Shown in pieces: positions 38,109 to 62,427 of a DNA stretch of 64,000 bases (its first letter is position 1; each line of letters opens with the position of its first letter). The translations under genes were made by a program, and so were the position numbers. The notes under the pieces were generated by a model. It was not told the origin of the DNA, searched no databases, and was given only the letters and a program-made list of their open reading frames with translations. Origin of the DNA: Tubulanus polymorphus (lineage: Eukaryota > Animalia > Nemertea); NCBI RefSeq assembly GCF_964204645.1, contig NC_134036.1:1550001-1614000 (forward strand). The letters run 5' to 3'.

Positions 38109-39360
38109 TAGTTCAGTTTCGACCTAAAAATCAAAACTTTAGGCACAAGGTATTTTTAACAGAATAAATTCATAAAACATTCTATATTAACGACATTTCT
38201 TTGTCATTTTCTTTTGAAGTCTTTTTTCAGAAGCGATATTGTTACCAATTGCCAAAAAAACTAGAATATCCATATCTGGCTTTTGTTAAAGTGTACATCC
38301 ATCTCTCGTTACAGGGCTACGGAGGATATTTCTTGAGACACGCTCGGGCAAAAGGCCAACCGATCCAATTAGGTACGTAAAAGACACGACACAAACAGAG
38401 GACAAAAGAGACAAAACGTGATGAAATATTTGCCACGATCCACAAAAGCTTGGTAGGGTGGAGTAGGAAAATGAACAAAGCTTCACGGGTTCAAATAGAT
38501 GACTCGCTAAAGTTGATACGTCAACAAAATCGTCGTAAAATCGAACAAAAGGGTACAAAATATATTGAGTCACGCACAAAAGAACAGATTGATTCTAACC
38601 GATCATCTTGCTCCACGCATTCTAACAAAATTCGGGCCACACAAAAATATGAGTACCATACAAATGAACAAATATGGTATTGATTCGTATTAATCGCTCT
38701 GATGTTCAGGATTGATAAAAAGCAAGAAAACTAACTTTAAAGTCTAGATTGAAGCCTTGAAAAATAACTTCTCAATATTGTCGACAAGGAATAAAATGAT
38801 GTAAGTTATATAATATCATGCATCGATAGATTGATCGGAAATAACGCATATTATATATTGCTTAATATTGTCGACAATGAATTATATAGTATTGGGGCTC
38901 AATAAAGTTATTTTTGGATTTGAATATCGATTAACCGGCAACCAGTCTAGCCACGCTATATTGATGACGTAGTGAACGCCAAAATTCACGATTCTGATCG
39001 TTATTTTGAAACATCATAGAAAAGTTTCAATTTCTACGATTCAATTTCTGATTCGGCATAGTTTTGATAATTGGTTTAATTCAGAAAAAAATGTTGATTT
39101 CAGTTGATTTGAAACCACTAGTGCCACCTGGCGGCTTCACCTGTCGTGCTAGAATGTAACTGTGACCTCATCAAAAATGTTGATTTCAGTTGATTTGAAA
39201 CCACTAGTGCCACCTGGTGGCTTCACCTGTCGTGCTAGAATAATGTAACTGTGACCTCATCAAAAATACCATGAAAGTCTAACATCGATTGGGCATTTGA
39301 TTAGAACAAAAGAAAAACTTAAAACTTGTTTATGAAAATGGAAATCGATTTCTATTTCAG

Positions 39361-42300
39361 GCTGTCAGGGAGTTATTCAGAAACCCGGAGAGTACATATT
39401 CAAATCTAACGGTCGACCGGAAGGGGAGGCGCCTACACCGGTTTGCGTGACGTATTTCATAGCGCCACCTGACATGATCGTCGAGATTGAATTCCTGGAC
39501 TTCACGATCAGCTGCGCCACCATGGGCCACGAGGGCATTTTACAGGTAAAACTGACAACATAGAAATAAAAAACCGCATGATTTGTAGCGAAGAAAGCTG
39601 CTTTACTACTAGCGACACCTGGCGGACTGTTATACCTGCCACAAGTGGAATCCTCTATGGCCACATTAGCTACTGTCCTTCTACACACTAGTGACACCTG
39701 GTGGATCCATACCTGCAGCAAGTATGGAATCCTACTGCTGCAGTCGTTGATATCCCACTGCACACTAGTGACACCTGGTGGATCCTTACATGCAACACGT
39801 GGAACCCTGATCCCTGCAATATAGTTGATGCCCTACTGCACACTAGCGACACCTGGTGAATCCCAACATGCCACACGTGGAGCGGCTTATCTCAAAGACA
39901 AATCTCTCTATTTCTACAGATATTCGACGGAATGGAGATTGCAGGCCACACGTTCCCGGGATACGACCATCCTCTGCCTCACGCCCAGCGGTATCGTCTG
40001 TACTGTAGCCAGAGGAACGTGCCCACCGAAACGTTCACATCCAACCAGAACGTGGCCATGATCAACACTATCGTACCGGCAACAGGAGAGGGCTACAAAA
40101 TACGCGTTCAATTCAAGAAACATTCACGACGTGAGTAGTGACCGAAAACCGACAGAGCAACGCAGTCAATTATTACCAGGTGGCAGCACCTTACTGCGTG
40201 ATCTTAAATCTTTGTCAATTTTCGGCGCTAGGTGGCAGCACCTACCGGTAAAAAACGTTCAAAAGTTTCAGATACGAATTTTTAGCATATCCTCTAATCC
40301 TAATTTAACTAGTTATGGAGCTGATAATGCGATGTTTACGTAGTTGGTACAAAACCGTCCAGGAAAATGCCCAGATCAAGCTACTGCAACTATTTTGCCA
40401 CTTCGTCAGCTAGGTGGCAGCACATGCCAGTACTCATTGTCTTTCTTGTTTTGTTTTCGACAGCCTGCAACGTGTATCTGAGCGCCAGCGAAGGTATCTA
40501 TACTCTGTCCAATCACGGAATGCGTAACAACTGTTCGGCCGTCGTGTCAATGTTCGGACCGGCCACGGCTATCGTCGACAGCGTGAACATCGGCGCGACA
40601 ATAGAGGGCGTTGTGCACACTAAGGAAGTCGGCGTCAGTCAGAAGGTAACAATGTCTAGGTCACCGAAAAAGCGACCTCTAACGACCAACTTGAGCACCA
40701 CATTATTATCATTATTTATCGTACATAAGTTAAATTCGATTAAGTTTCGTAATTTCGTCAACCTCAACAAAATGGTTGTCTCCATCAAATCCCTCTATGA
40801 CGTCATAAGGAGGTTTATGGAGGTTGTCATATTTTCTCATGAATTTACACCGTTTTTCTTGTGAAATAACTTTTCTCTGATTTTAAAGTTTTTATTCATT
40901 TTTTTTTATTTTTTCTATTTTTTCGATTGATTGCACTTGCGTTTAAAACCCGACCCGTTAAATCAATAAAGATGGCGTCGAAATTAGTAAGTAATATAGA
41001 AGAGACGAAAATTGATCGTCATTCGTCGTCGAATTGAGGAGTCTTCCAGAAATATAGCCATAAAATATCACTATGACATCATCGAATTTACAATGACGTC
41101 AACGTAAAAATGATATCGGTGGCGACGTTTAGGCAACATTTATGACTTTTGATTGAGAAAAAACAAAAATTTGAAACAATGTTTTAACGATGTCACACGA
41201 TGACCAGATTTAAAAACATGATGTAGTCATCTTTTCTGGAAGACAGAGCCCCCTGGTGTTAATATTTTGTGTACGTCCTGTATCTCGCTCTGTTTTTGGA
41301 AGGAAAGCAACATAACACACACGTTTTAAGATAATTCCGAACATTTACAGGAGAAATCATCATTTCGACCTTTTTTTTTTAATTTTAGAAAAAATTTTTT
41401 GAATATTGCGTCAAGTTTATTTTCCTTTTTTTGATATTTAAACATGTACAAATAAAATGCTTTTACGTCTTAAGTTCTGTATATCACTTTGTGTATACCT
41501 TTGAGCAACTGCAGCCCCTGCACGTCACCACCCCCGACAACCCCCACCCTCCCTATTTATGTTTACTTATTGAATTTGTTTATTCACCTTTTTAAACTAT
41601 ATCTAAAAATTGTATGATTTTATGTGACTAATTATCGACGTATAACACGGAAATTGGAGGGCTGAAATTGGAAAGCAGATTTTTAACGAACGTTTCATCA
41701 TCATTTTTTTTGGTCTTATTTCTCATAACAAACTTTAAAAATATTTTCAGTGTTTGGCGAAAAAGAAAAAAAACTACGCGGAATTCTTGTACGGAAACAC
41801 AATAGAACCTTCATACATGGCTTACTCGGGAATTCTGTGCGGCATGAAAACAAATAACGGTAAGCGGCGGATCCCTTAAATCTATTATCATTATCAAATT
41901 TGGCTATTTTAACTAATCATAATAAAAACATCATGGCGTACCGTAGAAACCACAGCAATTCTAGCCGGTTTCTACGGTACCCGATGATGTTTTATTGCTT
42001 GGTCTGTTTATCTTCAGTTTTGACACACTGCTTCTATTCTAGATCCTGTGAGTTAATATGCTTTGTTACTTGTTTTTCTGGTCATTCCACCTGATGATGG
42101 CTGCTAGTCAACAGCCGAAACGTTGGGTTTCATTATAATAAATTTGATCGTATAATTTTAGATTCGAATTGTGGGATTTCTTCATTTATCTACAGTATAC
42201 ACGGATTATAGTGTTTATTCGACAATTAACTAATCATATTTTCCTCAATTTTCTTTGCTAGTCGGCCTGGTTTACGATTTGCCCTGTCAGATGTCCGTCG

Positions 42301-42410
42301 TACGTTTGGTCTCCAGCGGAGAATACTATAATTCGATCACGTTCCAGTACGGTCCGATGGAGCAGAAAAAAGTCGGCGAATTCTCATCCATGGGAATCAC
42401 CTGTTCGTGA
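39361..42410 (+). CDS. CRHBP: Corticotropin-releasing factor-binding protein homologue; exons 39361-39545, 39920-40130, 40464-40645, 41751-41859, 42262-42410 (signal-peptide exon not found)
   Basis: GT-AG introns with consistent phases; spliced product has CRF-BP motifs IFDGM..FP..DHPLP...Y..YC, SNQNVAMI, PCNV, RNNCS, VVRLVSSGEYYNSITFQY and 10 Cys; stop TGA 42408-42410. Confidence 0.92.
41922..42225 (+). mobile_element. Penelope-like 3' fragment (family B) with hammerhead motif, in a CRHBP intron
   Basis: 13-bp TSD TTAACTAATCATA (41909-21, 42226-38); inverted 5' segment; CTGATGA-T-GGCTG..CAGCC-GAAACGTT at 42091-42124, then AATAAA. Confidence 0.7.
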
Positions 42411-45400
42411 ATCCGTCGCCATTAGCAACGGCCCAAACGGAGGTAAGGCATCCATCCCAGTAGAGGATGCTTTATTTTCAATTATAACATTCTATCATGA
42501 TTTCGCCGATGCTAAATGGTCACCAACGACCAGACAAACTTAACATGCTCGGCTGGCACGCTGAAGTTCCGAGGTTCTAGTCCAACGAGCCAGTTCCATA
42601 GTCACGGCTTGGACTTAAGACCGGACTGACTGTCTTAGTTCTATAGCCAATCTAACGACTTAAGACAAGTCTAAGACCATCTTGGTTCTTTAACCAATCT
42701 AACATCTGAAGACCAGTCTAAGCTCATCTGGGTTCTATAGCCAATCTTACAACTCGAGACTAGTCTTAAGATCGAAAACCATTTTCAAGAGTTTAGACTA
42801 TCGAAGACCAGTCTAAGCTCATTTTGGTTCTATAATCAATCTAACAACTTAAGATCAGTCTAAGATCGAAGACCATTTTCAAGAGTTAAGTTTAGGTTGT
42901 GTCAATTTCAATAATAATCGTTATTCTATTTCTGGACAGGGTTCAACGAGACAAAATGTTGTATGTTTTGAAGAAAATAAAACTGGACCAGACGAGCGAG
43001 AATTATACGCCGCGAAATCGAAAATTCAGCAAACAGAAAAACTTAACTAAACGACGAAACGAAATTTTATCATCAGGAATCTTGAAATAAACGCTCCGAA
43101 TAGAGACGGTCCCCCGCGAGGGGAACTCCCGCGTGTTACTCTAAACGGGCTTATAACCCAGGGCTCGGTTTCATAGATATGGAGGTAAAAATTGTCCCCG
43201 GGAACATTTTTAAATGTGTCAGTTATAACCATGGTTTCTCGTGGTTACTATGGTGGTTGTCACCCAGATTGAGGATTTACCCTTAGGGATAACTTTGATA
43301 CTCAGTCTATGAAACCGGGCCCTGAAATACAGATTCTCCTATCTTCTTATTTGTATAAATCATATCCTGAATAGTAATTCAAAAAAATTCAGTAATGTCC
43401 GTTACGACTCCCAAAGCGGAGTTACAGAAAACTGATCGAATCAAATAATAATACACTCTGTTACACGACATTTCGACCGCGCGCGCAGAAAAAAAACATG
43501 TTCTATTTTACTTTTGTTGTTTTTAAAAGAAAAGCAAAACAATGTTGAAATGTATATCAGAACGATTGGAATAAAGAAAAGAAATTTTGCGAAAATAAAA
43601 ATTCGATTTGACTTTGTTTTCATATAATCGATAATCGATTAGTGTTGGTAACGCAGTCCAGGGGGCGCGTGCATTTCCGTTTTTTTCGGCCGATTAACCT
43701 CGGACTTTTCTACTCAAGAAAATGGAGCAATTGTGAGCGTATTTCATTATTGCTCAGAATGCACCTAGATGCGCATCTTATTTTTCGAAATATTTTCGGA
43801 GAGCACCCCCCCCCCCTCCCCAGATGTATAAGTAGTGGCCCAAGTAGGTAGTGCCTTTTCCGAAAAGCTAGATCCGCCCCCTGTAACAGGCAGTAACTAT
43901 ATGTAATTTAGCGGCGAGGTTTGAGCTAAGCCTTGACAGGAAACTCGAAAAAAGATAATTTGGAACCTAGGAGAAATTTGAACCTCGATTCTTCTGAAAA
44001 CGGAGCGTGGGTTTGACAAACGCCGTCTTAACACTTTTACCGAGGACACTTGCAGCGAAAAACGAACCGGCTTATTGGTGCTAGGTGAAAAATTATAGTA
44101 GAAACGTTTTCAGCGGAAATGAGACATTAGAATCTATCTATCTCGGTCCTCGCTCTATCTCACCTCAAATATTTATCGCTTCTTGTTGAAAAAATCTAAT
44201 ATCAAATTTCGAGGTTACCTAATTTTCTCTTCGTCGAGGGGATTCTTCTAAATCGACTAAATCGTCGAAAGAAATGTCACAACAAACATGAATTTTCGGT
44301 TCCGTTTTTCCATTGTTATTTTTTGTCGCGGGCGAATTTGTCTAAATCAACGAAATACGGTTGAAAAAAAGAAGTTTAACTTACTGTAAACTAATTCGTT
44401 GTTCTCGTCTCCTTCATGGTCGACTGAACGCTGATTTATAATCCCGACAAAAAGCTCTTTTATCCTCAATAGATATCCACACACACGCACAAAATCCACT
44501 TAAAAATTCACATTTTTCGAGCTGTCGATAGATATTTCCAGTTAATCCAAATGAAAAATACACGATGCGCAATCTCTGTTTAAAGTTACAGCCACCTCTA
44601 GACCCGAACAGGTTCATAGTTTGAGGTGCAGTTAAAATAAAACTTCGCCTAAATCCAAAGGTAACCAACTTACATCACTATTATGGTCTTAACATACAAA
44701 GTGGTCAAATGTATATACATATATATATTTCAATATTGAATGTGATGACCTAAAAATGAAGCCTTGCTTCGAATGCGACAACAATAGCCGCTTTGGTGTC
44801 GTGAGAACGTATTCAAATGTTTGAAAATAATATCCGTTAAACCGTCGCAGTGACCTCGACGCGCCAACAGTTCTATAGGTGAGATTTTGTATCGTGATTA
44901 CGTTTTGTAAAAGGATTAGGGATTTAATATCGATGCTTTGACGATGATCGAACCAACAAACCAACTTCTCGCAGTGGATTTAGCCAACTTGCATTATTTG
45001 GACAAGATCCCGTTTTGAAATTCTTGTACGTTTTGGTTGCCGTTCTCTGTTCAAATTTTCAGGATGCAAATAATAATAACATCCGGCAAATATGCTAATT
45101 TGCAGGTGACGTCACCATCTATACGAATGACAAATTTGTGCGCGGAGTTGCAAATATGCAAATACGCTGGTGACGTCACAGGAATTTGAACCGGAATAAG
45201 CAGAAAAAAGACAATAAATAAGATTAAAAATTTAACTATATTGGACGGAATGATTCATATATTTTTCAGACAATTCTAAAACAATGTTTTTAATGAATAG
45301 ATTGAATTGTTCTCAACTTCGATTAAACTAATTAAAGCATCTTTACACAAGATATTATAAACAAATAATATATACAAAAATTAATTATCAGAATTTTAGA

Positions 45401-45855
45401 CAATAATTAGAATCTTAACTGCAACAGTTGTAAGGACAACAAGTTCAACTGGACAAAGATACTTTTAACAATAATTTTACAATAGTAACAATAATTTCTA
45501 ATTCATTTTTTGCAACGAATTTCAAATTTTTAATCACAATTTCACGCGGTCAATTCTGTTTTAAGGATGAAAACAATGAACTTCTTACACAATTTTACAA
45601 AATCAAAGGAATCACTCGAATCATGATCATCACATTTAACTAATGTATTTGAAAATGAGAAAAAAATCATTTATGAAAATATTTTTTTTTTTTAAGAACA
45701 TCAGGTATTCATGGGCTTCACAAAAAAAGTGAGAATTAGAATTAGAATTAGAGCCCTAACCTAAAATTGAAAAAAAGGAAAGTAGACATTGAATTCCTAA
45801 TTTCACGCCACAATGACGTTCTTAATTTACTCGATCAAGTCGGATGTTTTGGGAT

Positions 45856-56497
<10,642 letters not shown>

Positions 56498-59400
56498 CCT
56501 GACTTTCTTCACGAAACTACAAGAAAAACAAAGGAAAATGTTTCGGTTGCAGTGAATAACAGAATAACAGCCTTTTAAGACTTTTTGTTGATTGGAGAGG
56601 CATCATACCGCTTGGTTTTAATTATTGGGATAGAGTCCACAAGATTTTGTCAAGGACTGGATTTAGCCAGTAACCTGTCTGTGGTTTAGTTTCACAATCG
56701 GATATTTTCGCAAACCATATCTGATTATAAAAGCTTTCCACCAAAATATTAGGTAACTTACTAGACTGGACTGGATTGGACTGACCGGACTGACGACAAG
56801 TGTAGTAGTCGTACTTCACCAGGACCAGACAGCCAGATTTGCCTTCACTCACAGTTTTAAATGGACAAATGATGAACCTCGGGGTTAGGGTATCGCTAAA
56901 AAATCCAATTCACTTTCAAATGTGACAAAACCCTGAGGCCCTGACGAAACCTCAAGACACCAGACAGAAATGAAAATTGTGAGAAAAAATGTAAACAAAC
57001 AAAAGTTGTAAAATTTCAAAAACTCGAAATCTTTTTTCAGTTCTAATACTTTCCCCAAATTGGATGAGTTTTTTTAGTTCTAAAATAAAAGGACCAACTT
57101 ACGGGAGCCGATATGTGAGATGAGTCGCCTTAAATTACTCGAAAAACCGGTTTAAAACGTAAAATTTCCGATAAATTTTCAACTTTACTAGAACGACCGA
57201 GGAACACCTCCGGGAGTGTTCATGCGACGAAATATAGTGCTCAATATTTTAAAGAATTCTGATAATTTTCAACATCTAATTAATCAAAATTTACATCAAA
57301 TTGATCGCATATTATCAAATCAAAATGTCTGGCTATTTTTCATTGGAGTAAAATTTTGATTTCTCATTTTTTTGTAATAATGAATTGATACGCGATGTAG
57401 TTCGCCTTGTATCCAATGTAAACATTGACTAGTTTACAATCCGTGCCGGAATAATACCAACAGTCTCTCTCGATCAGGTTCGAATCCCACATTTCGGAGT
57501 CAGTACCGACACTGGTATCGCTGTAGTGGTTAACCTAACCCCAAAGAACACCCTAACCAAAGCTTTTCTATGGTGACAACCTTTATCACTTGTAACATTC
57601 CTTGTAAATCCTAAGATTCTAGAACCACACAACCGCACAGCTTTGGCTTTTTGCCCCCGCGGGCCTTCCTAAAAACCAACCTCCGGTAACCCCCTAAGAA
57701 CCGCCAGGCCTGCCCTAAATCTTGGAGCAGGTATAACCCGGTATTCCTAAAATGAAGTGACTCAACAAAAGTTTTTGACTCCAGTATAATGTATCCTAGG
57801 TAGGGTGGGGTCAACAACTTCTTGTGTCAGGTCCCTTGGATTGCTCCAAGCCTATAAATCATTTAACTCTGGCTGCTGATATCGTATTCTGGGAACGTGC
57901 TTCTTATTGGACTCGGGGTCGGTTCGAACCCGGACCAAGTCGTCTCCCGTAATGAGCATAATCTAATATAGGTTTCTAATGTTCAAACATTGAAAAGACT
58001 CGAATAACAAACGAGTGGTCTTTAGTAGTACAATTATCAGATTATCAATGAATTTTGGACAATGTACGTCTTAAGAACTCGGACTTTCAGGCGTACACAC
58101 ACTATTGGTGAAAAGGAACCCAATTAACGTCGAGGGGGGTCGAACAATAGGTTATTGAAGACATGAATATTGATAGAATGTTATTTATAATAATTAGATC
58201 GGGATTTGACAGTTTCGAGAAATTGGGAAAGAACTTTTCCACACTGGAATAATTTTGCAATACAAAAACGTTGAATAAAATTGGATCACGAAATCAAATG
58301 TTAAATTTCAGTAAATTCTGATTTAGTCAGATGTTCCAATCGTTTTTAAAGATTTTCGAAGAATATTCCCTAAAAACGGCCAAACCAGATATTGATTTTA
58401 AGAATATTGAAAATGTTTAATTTGAGCCCGTCCCTCGAAACTTGCTTAATTTCGGAACCAACCTTTCTAAGTCACCCGGCTCGTTGTTGTGCGGTAGCGC
58501 GCTAGTACGACTCAACGCCGCGGCCGATCTGTGCATATTACTTCAGTTCGTTACCGAAAAAAAAAACTTAGCACAAAATAAAAATAAGACAAGTTTAAAG
58601 TTATAAATCCGTGTGTTTGATAAATTCCTTTGAGCTACGGGTCACGAAAAAAGTACCGCTGATCGCTGCCGATTTTGAAAATACGGGAACTACTTAAACA
58701 TCTGAAGATAATCCCAAATACACCACCGTAACTGAATTAACCTTGCCTCGACAAATCAGGGCCGATAAAGGAACTATACTCCTAGTCGGAAAGAAATACG
58801 TTAGGACGACGTCAGAAAAAGGATTCTGTTTAAGTCTCCACGAGTTTGGTCAAACGTCCTCGAATAGGACACGTCCGAATTAGTCCCAGTTTGAAGCGAA
58901 GTACGAATTGAGGTTCGGTGAAATAAGCTAACGCCACAGAAATGACTTTGTTTTTGTCACCAGTCGCCGAGTTGGACGCGTCCAAACTATTTAGGCATTC
59001 GGGGTTTACCGCTCTGAAGCCTTCTGAATATCAAGCCGTTTTCAATACTTGTCATAATATGATAATGATATTGTGGATTTTAATAGAATTAATTCGCGCA
59101 CCTGGTAATTAGTCATAGACAGCAGACGATATCGAACTGTCTAAAAATGGCAGCCGACAATAGAACCGTTACTGTCTATACTGCTGTCTATAAACACTTC
59201 ACTGAACAAGATTTTACGATTACAATCTCTCAGTTAACTTACTCAAGCTTGAATTAGAAACTAAACGTATTTACCTTAAAATAAATAAGAACACAGGTCG
59301 GGGGGGGGGTGCTTGGACACCCCCTACTCCATAAAATATCAATTTGTCCCGAAAGTTTAATGGAAAATTTAAAATATCAACCGATACTTGAAAAGTTTCT

Positions 59401-60625
59401 ATCCATATTTATCAAATCCTCTATATTCCCAAAATGGCGCAATGTCTTCCGATATACGTCCTATTTTACAATATTTTGTACTAATTCCTACCACTTTGTT
59501 TTGTAATTTAATTCGTAAATAAAGCATTACATCATGACCCATTTGATTATATGATATACTCTATTTCAGACCCCAGATCCGCCCTTGCAGGAGATAATCT
59601 ATGAACTGTCCGGAATTTACCTGGCAAAATGACGCCTTGAACAGTTGGCTAACACGGTGGGCTCGTGCTGTGTCTTTGTAACAGACATAATTTTCCGTCG
59701 CTCTTTGATATCGGGGACTAATCCGAAATATTCACACACCGAACTGATTTATAGATCCTGTTTAGCAATGTTATTCAAAGTATAGATCTCGTGGTACACA
59801 CACTAAGTAGAAAAGATGGTCGCCTCCTATTTCTCCCTATGACATCATCATCAAATTGAGGAAACTTATTCATACATGGCTGCTTCCATAAATCCTCCTA
59901 TGACATCATCAAATTTACTGACTTATGTAGTAATCCTTTCTAGCAAAGTCGATTAATGAAATACATCCGGAGAAGATGATGGCCACTGCTGTTTCTCCCT
60001 ATGACGTCATCAAATTGATGCTGTCATAGTGACACATCGAGAAAAGATGGCCGCCTTCGTAAATCAACCTATGACATCGTCGAATCGATGTGGCTACACT
60101 TTGGAAATCACGACCTCACTGATTAAATCCTCTCTTAAAGTGTCTATATCGCCGTACAGGAATTCGAATGACGTCAATGGGGGATTTTTAATGGACGAGA
60201 CGCACGATATTACAATATCGAATCGCGTGTTTCGCGATTATAATCCCGTTAAACATATCGCTGTCGATAATAATCAGAGTATTTCATCATCACCACTATC
60301 AGCAGCAGACGAGACCACTGAATTAATTAATATCTCACGATTAGAGAAAATATTAAAAAAAACAGAACCGTCACCAGAAAGTCGGATAATCGTTTTTAAT
60401 CCGTGTTGTCACGTGATGTGTGTGCGTGCGTGCGCATCTGGTTTTACGTAACCTGGTTGATGGTTGCATGTATATTATTTCTGTAGTCAGTACCGTGAAT
60501 ATCCATCATCTTCATCTCTGACACACTGACACTGTCAGCTAGACTGTACTATAGCCCTCTCTGATGATAGCGTGGATTACAAAAAAACTTCGTCTTCCTC
60601 GTATGAAAATACCTATGCGTAGTAT

Positions 60626-60965
60626 ACAGTGATGGAACCTCGTTTTAACGACCTCGCCCGATCGCAATCGGTTATAACGCAAACCTAGAATTCCCTTCCA
60701 TTCCAAATATGAAAATTGTAACTTTATGCTGGATATAACAGTGAACTATCGGTTATGATGGACAGATTTTCTGGTCTCCTGAAGTTCGTTGTAACGAGGT
60801 TCCGCTGTATATAGAACTATCGGTTGTAACGAATAGATTTTCTGGTCTCCTGAAGTTCGTTGTAACGAGGTTCCGCTGTATATAGAACTATCGGTTGTAA
60901 CGAATAGATTTTCTGGTCTCCTGAAGTTCGTTGTAACGAGGTTCCGCTGTGTATAGAACTATCGG
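60626..60965. mobile_element. Tc1/pogo-like MITE with its right end triplicated as a 71-bp tandem
   Basis: Left end TA-CAGTGATGGAACCTCGTT; right end AACGAGGTTCCGCTG-TA repeated with period 71 (60781, 60852, 60923). Confidence 0.7.
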
Positions 60966-61471
60966 GTTTCCTGATCTTCTGTTTCACTGGTGCCCAGCAC
61001 TCGATACTGCCTGAAATCCTAGCTATCACTGTTTCGCTGGGACCCAGAACTGGATACTGACTGTAATCCTAGCTATCACTGTTTCGCTGGTGCCCAGTCG
61101 GACGCGCATCGCCGGCAACTGCGATTTAGTATCGGCAAATAGATCGACTGCGACCCAGTCGATAACTAATCGAATCCGTTTGTGAAAGAAACCTTTTGAT
61201 TCAACATCTCCCTCTTTCATTCTATCATTTGATTCCTTTGATTCCTTGTACCTCTCAGAGCCGCGCGCTGTCGATTACTATTGAAAACAACTTATTGAAT
61301 GGATACATAAAACGGGAGTTTGATGGAGAGAGAGAGAGGTATTGAATAATTCTGACCGAGTTAATTAAATCTATCAACCAAACGTCAATCAAGCGCAACA
61401 AAATTACAAACCGCTCTCAGGAAAAAAAGGCGAAGACCACAAAGCGGTAGTGACGTCATCTGTAAACCTAG

Positions 61472-61728
<257 letters not shown>

Positions 61729-62354
61729 ACATACTCTCCTCAGTGGTGGGCGGCACAGGGCTTCGAGGGTTAAAACAAATATCAGCTTCCCACGACGATA
61801 TCATTGATATTAAGTGACGTTATTAATTGATTATTCATGGGCTATAAAATTAGAAGGTCGTACGACGACAAACAAACATGGCTCCAAGTTTCCGTTGCTA
61901 GTGGTAAACAACACTGGTTAAAGGCAGTTTAGCGTCAATATTAATAGACATTTAATATTTTGAGAATCCCCCACAATAATAAAACTGGTCCGAAATGTTT
62001 TCTTGAGCTTGTAGTTTATACGAAGTTTCGACTATATTCTGATATTCATCTTCAGGAATACCCAATTCCTCAACTTAATTGTGTTACCATACTACAATAA
62101 GTCGAGCGGAGGGAGTTCCCCCCCCCCCCCCAAAAAAAACTTTTGTGGCTGTTCTACTCGTTGCTTTCCCAACAAGTGAGGTGGGAGGGAGTTAAGCAAG
62201 GTTCTATACTCGCTCCCCTATTGTTGGTAGCTGGTCTAGTCACTAACTCCACTCCCACTGGTCACGCAGCTGGTCACTGAACCGAACATGACACCACCAG
62301 AAGAACTGACCTGGACAGCCTGGACACCTGGTCCGAGCTCAATTGCCCACAAGC

Positions 62355-62427
62355 GGCGCCGTGGCTTAGCGGTTAAAGCGCCTGTCTAGTAAACAGGAGA
62401 TCCCCGGTTCAAATCCGGGCGGTGCCT
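62355..62427 (+). tRNA. tRNA-Thr(AGT)
   Basis: Identical to the 31133-31205 copy; followed by a T run. Confidence 0.95.

Noticed and set aside
45736-45762. (TTAGAA)n followed by CCCTAACC, resembling telomeric repeat
   Set aside because: Only about three units and not a canonical telomere array.
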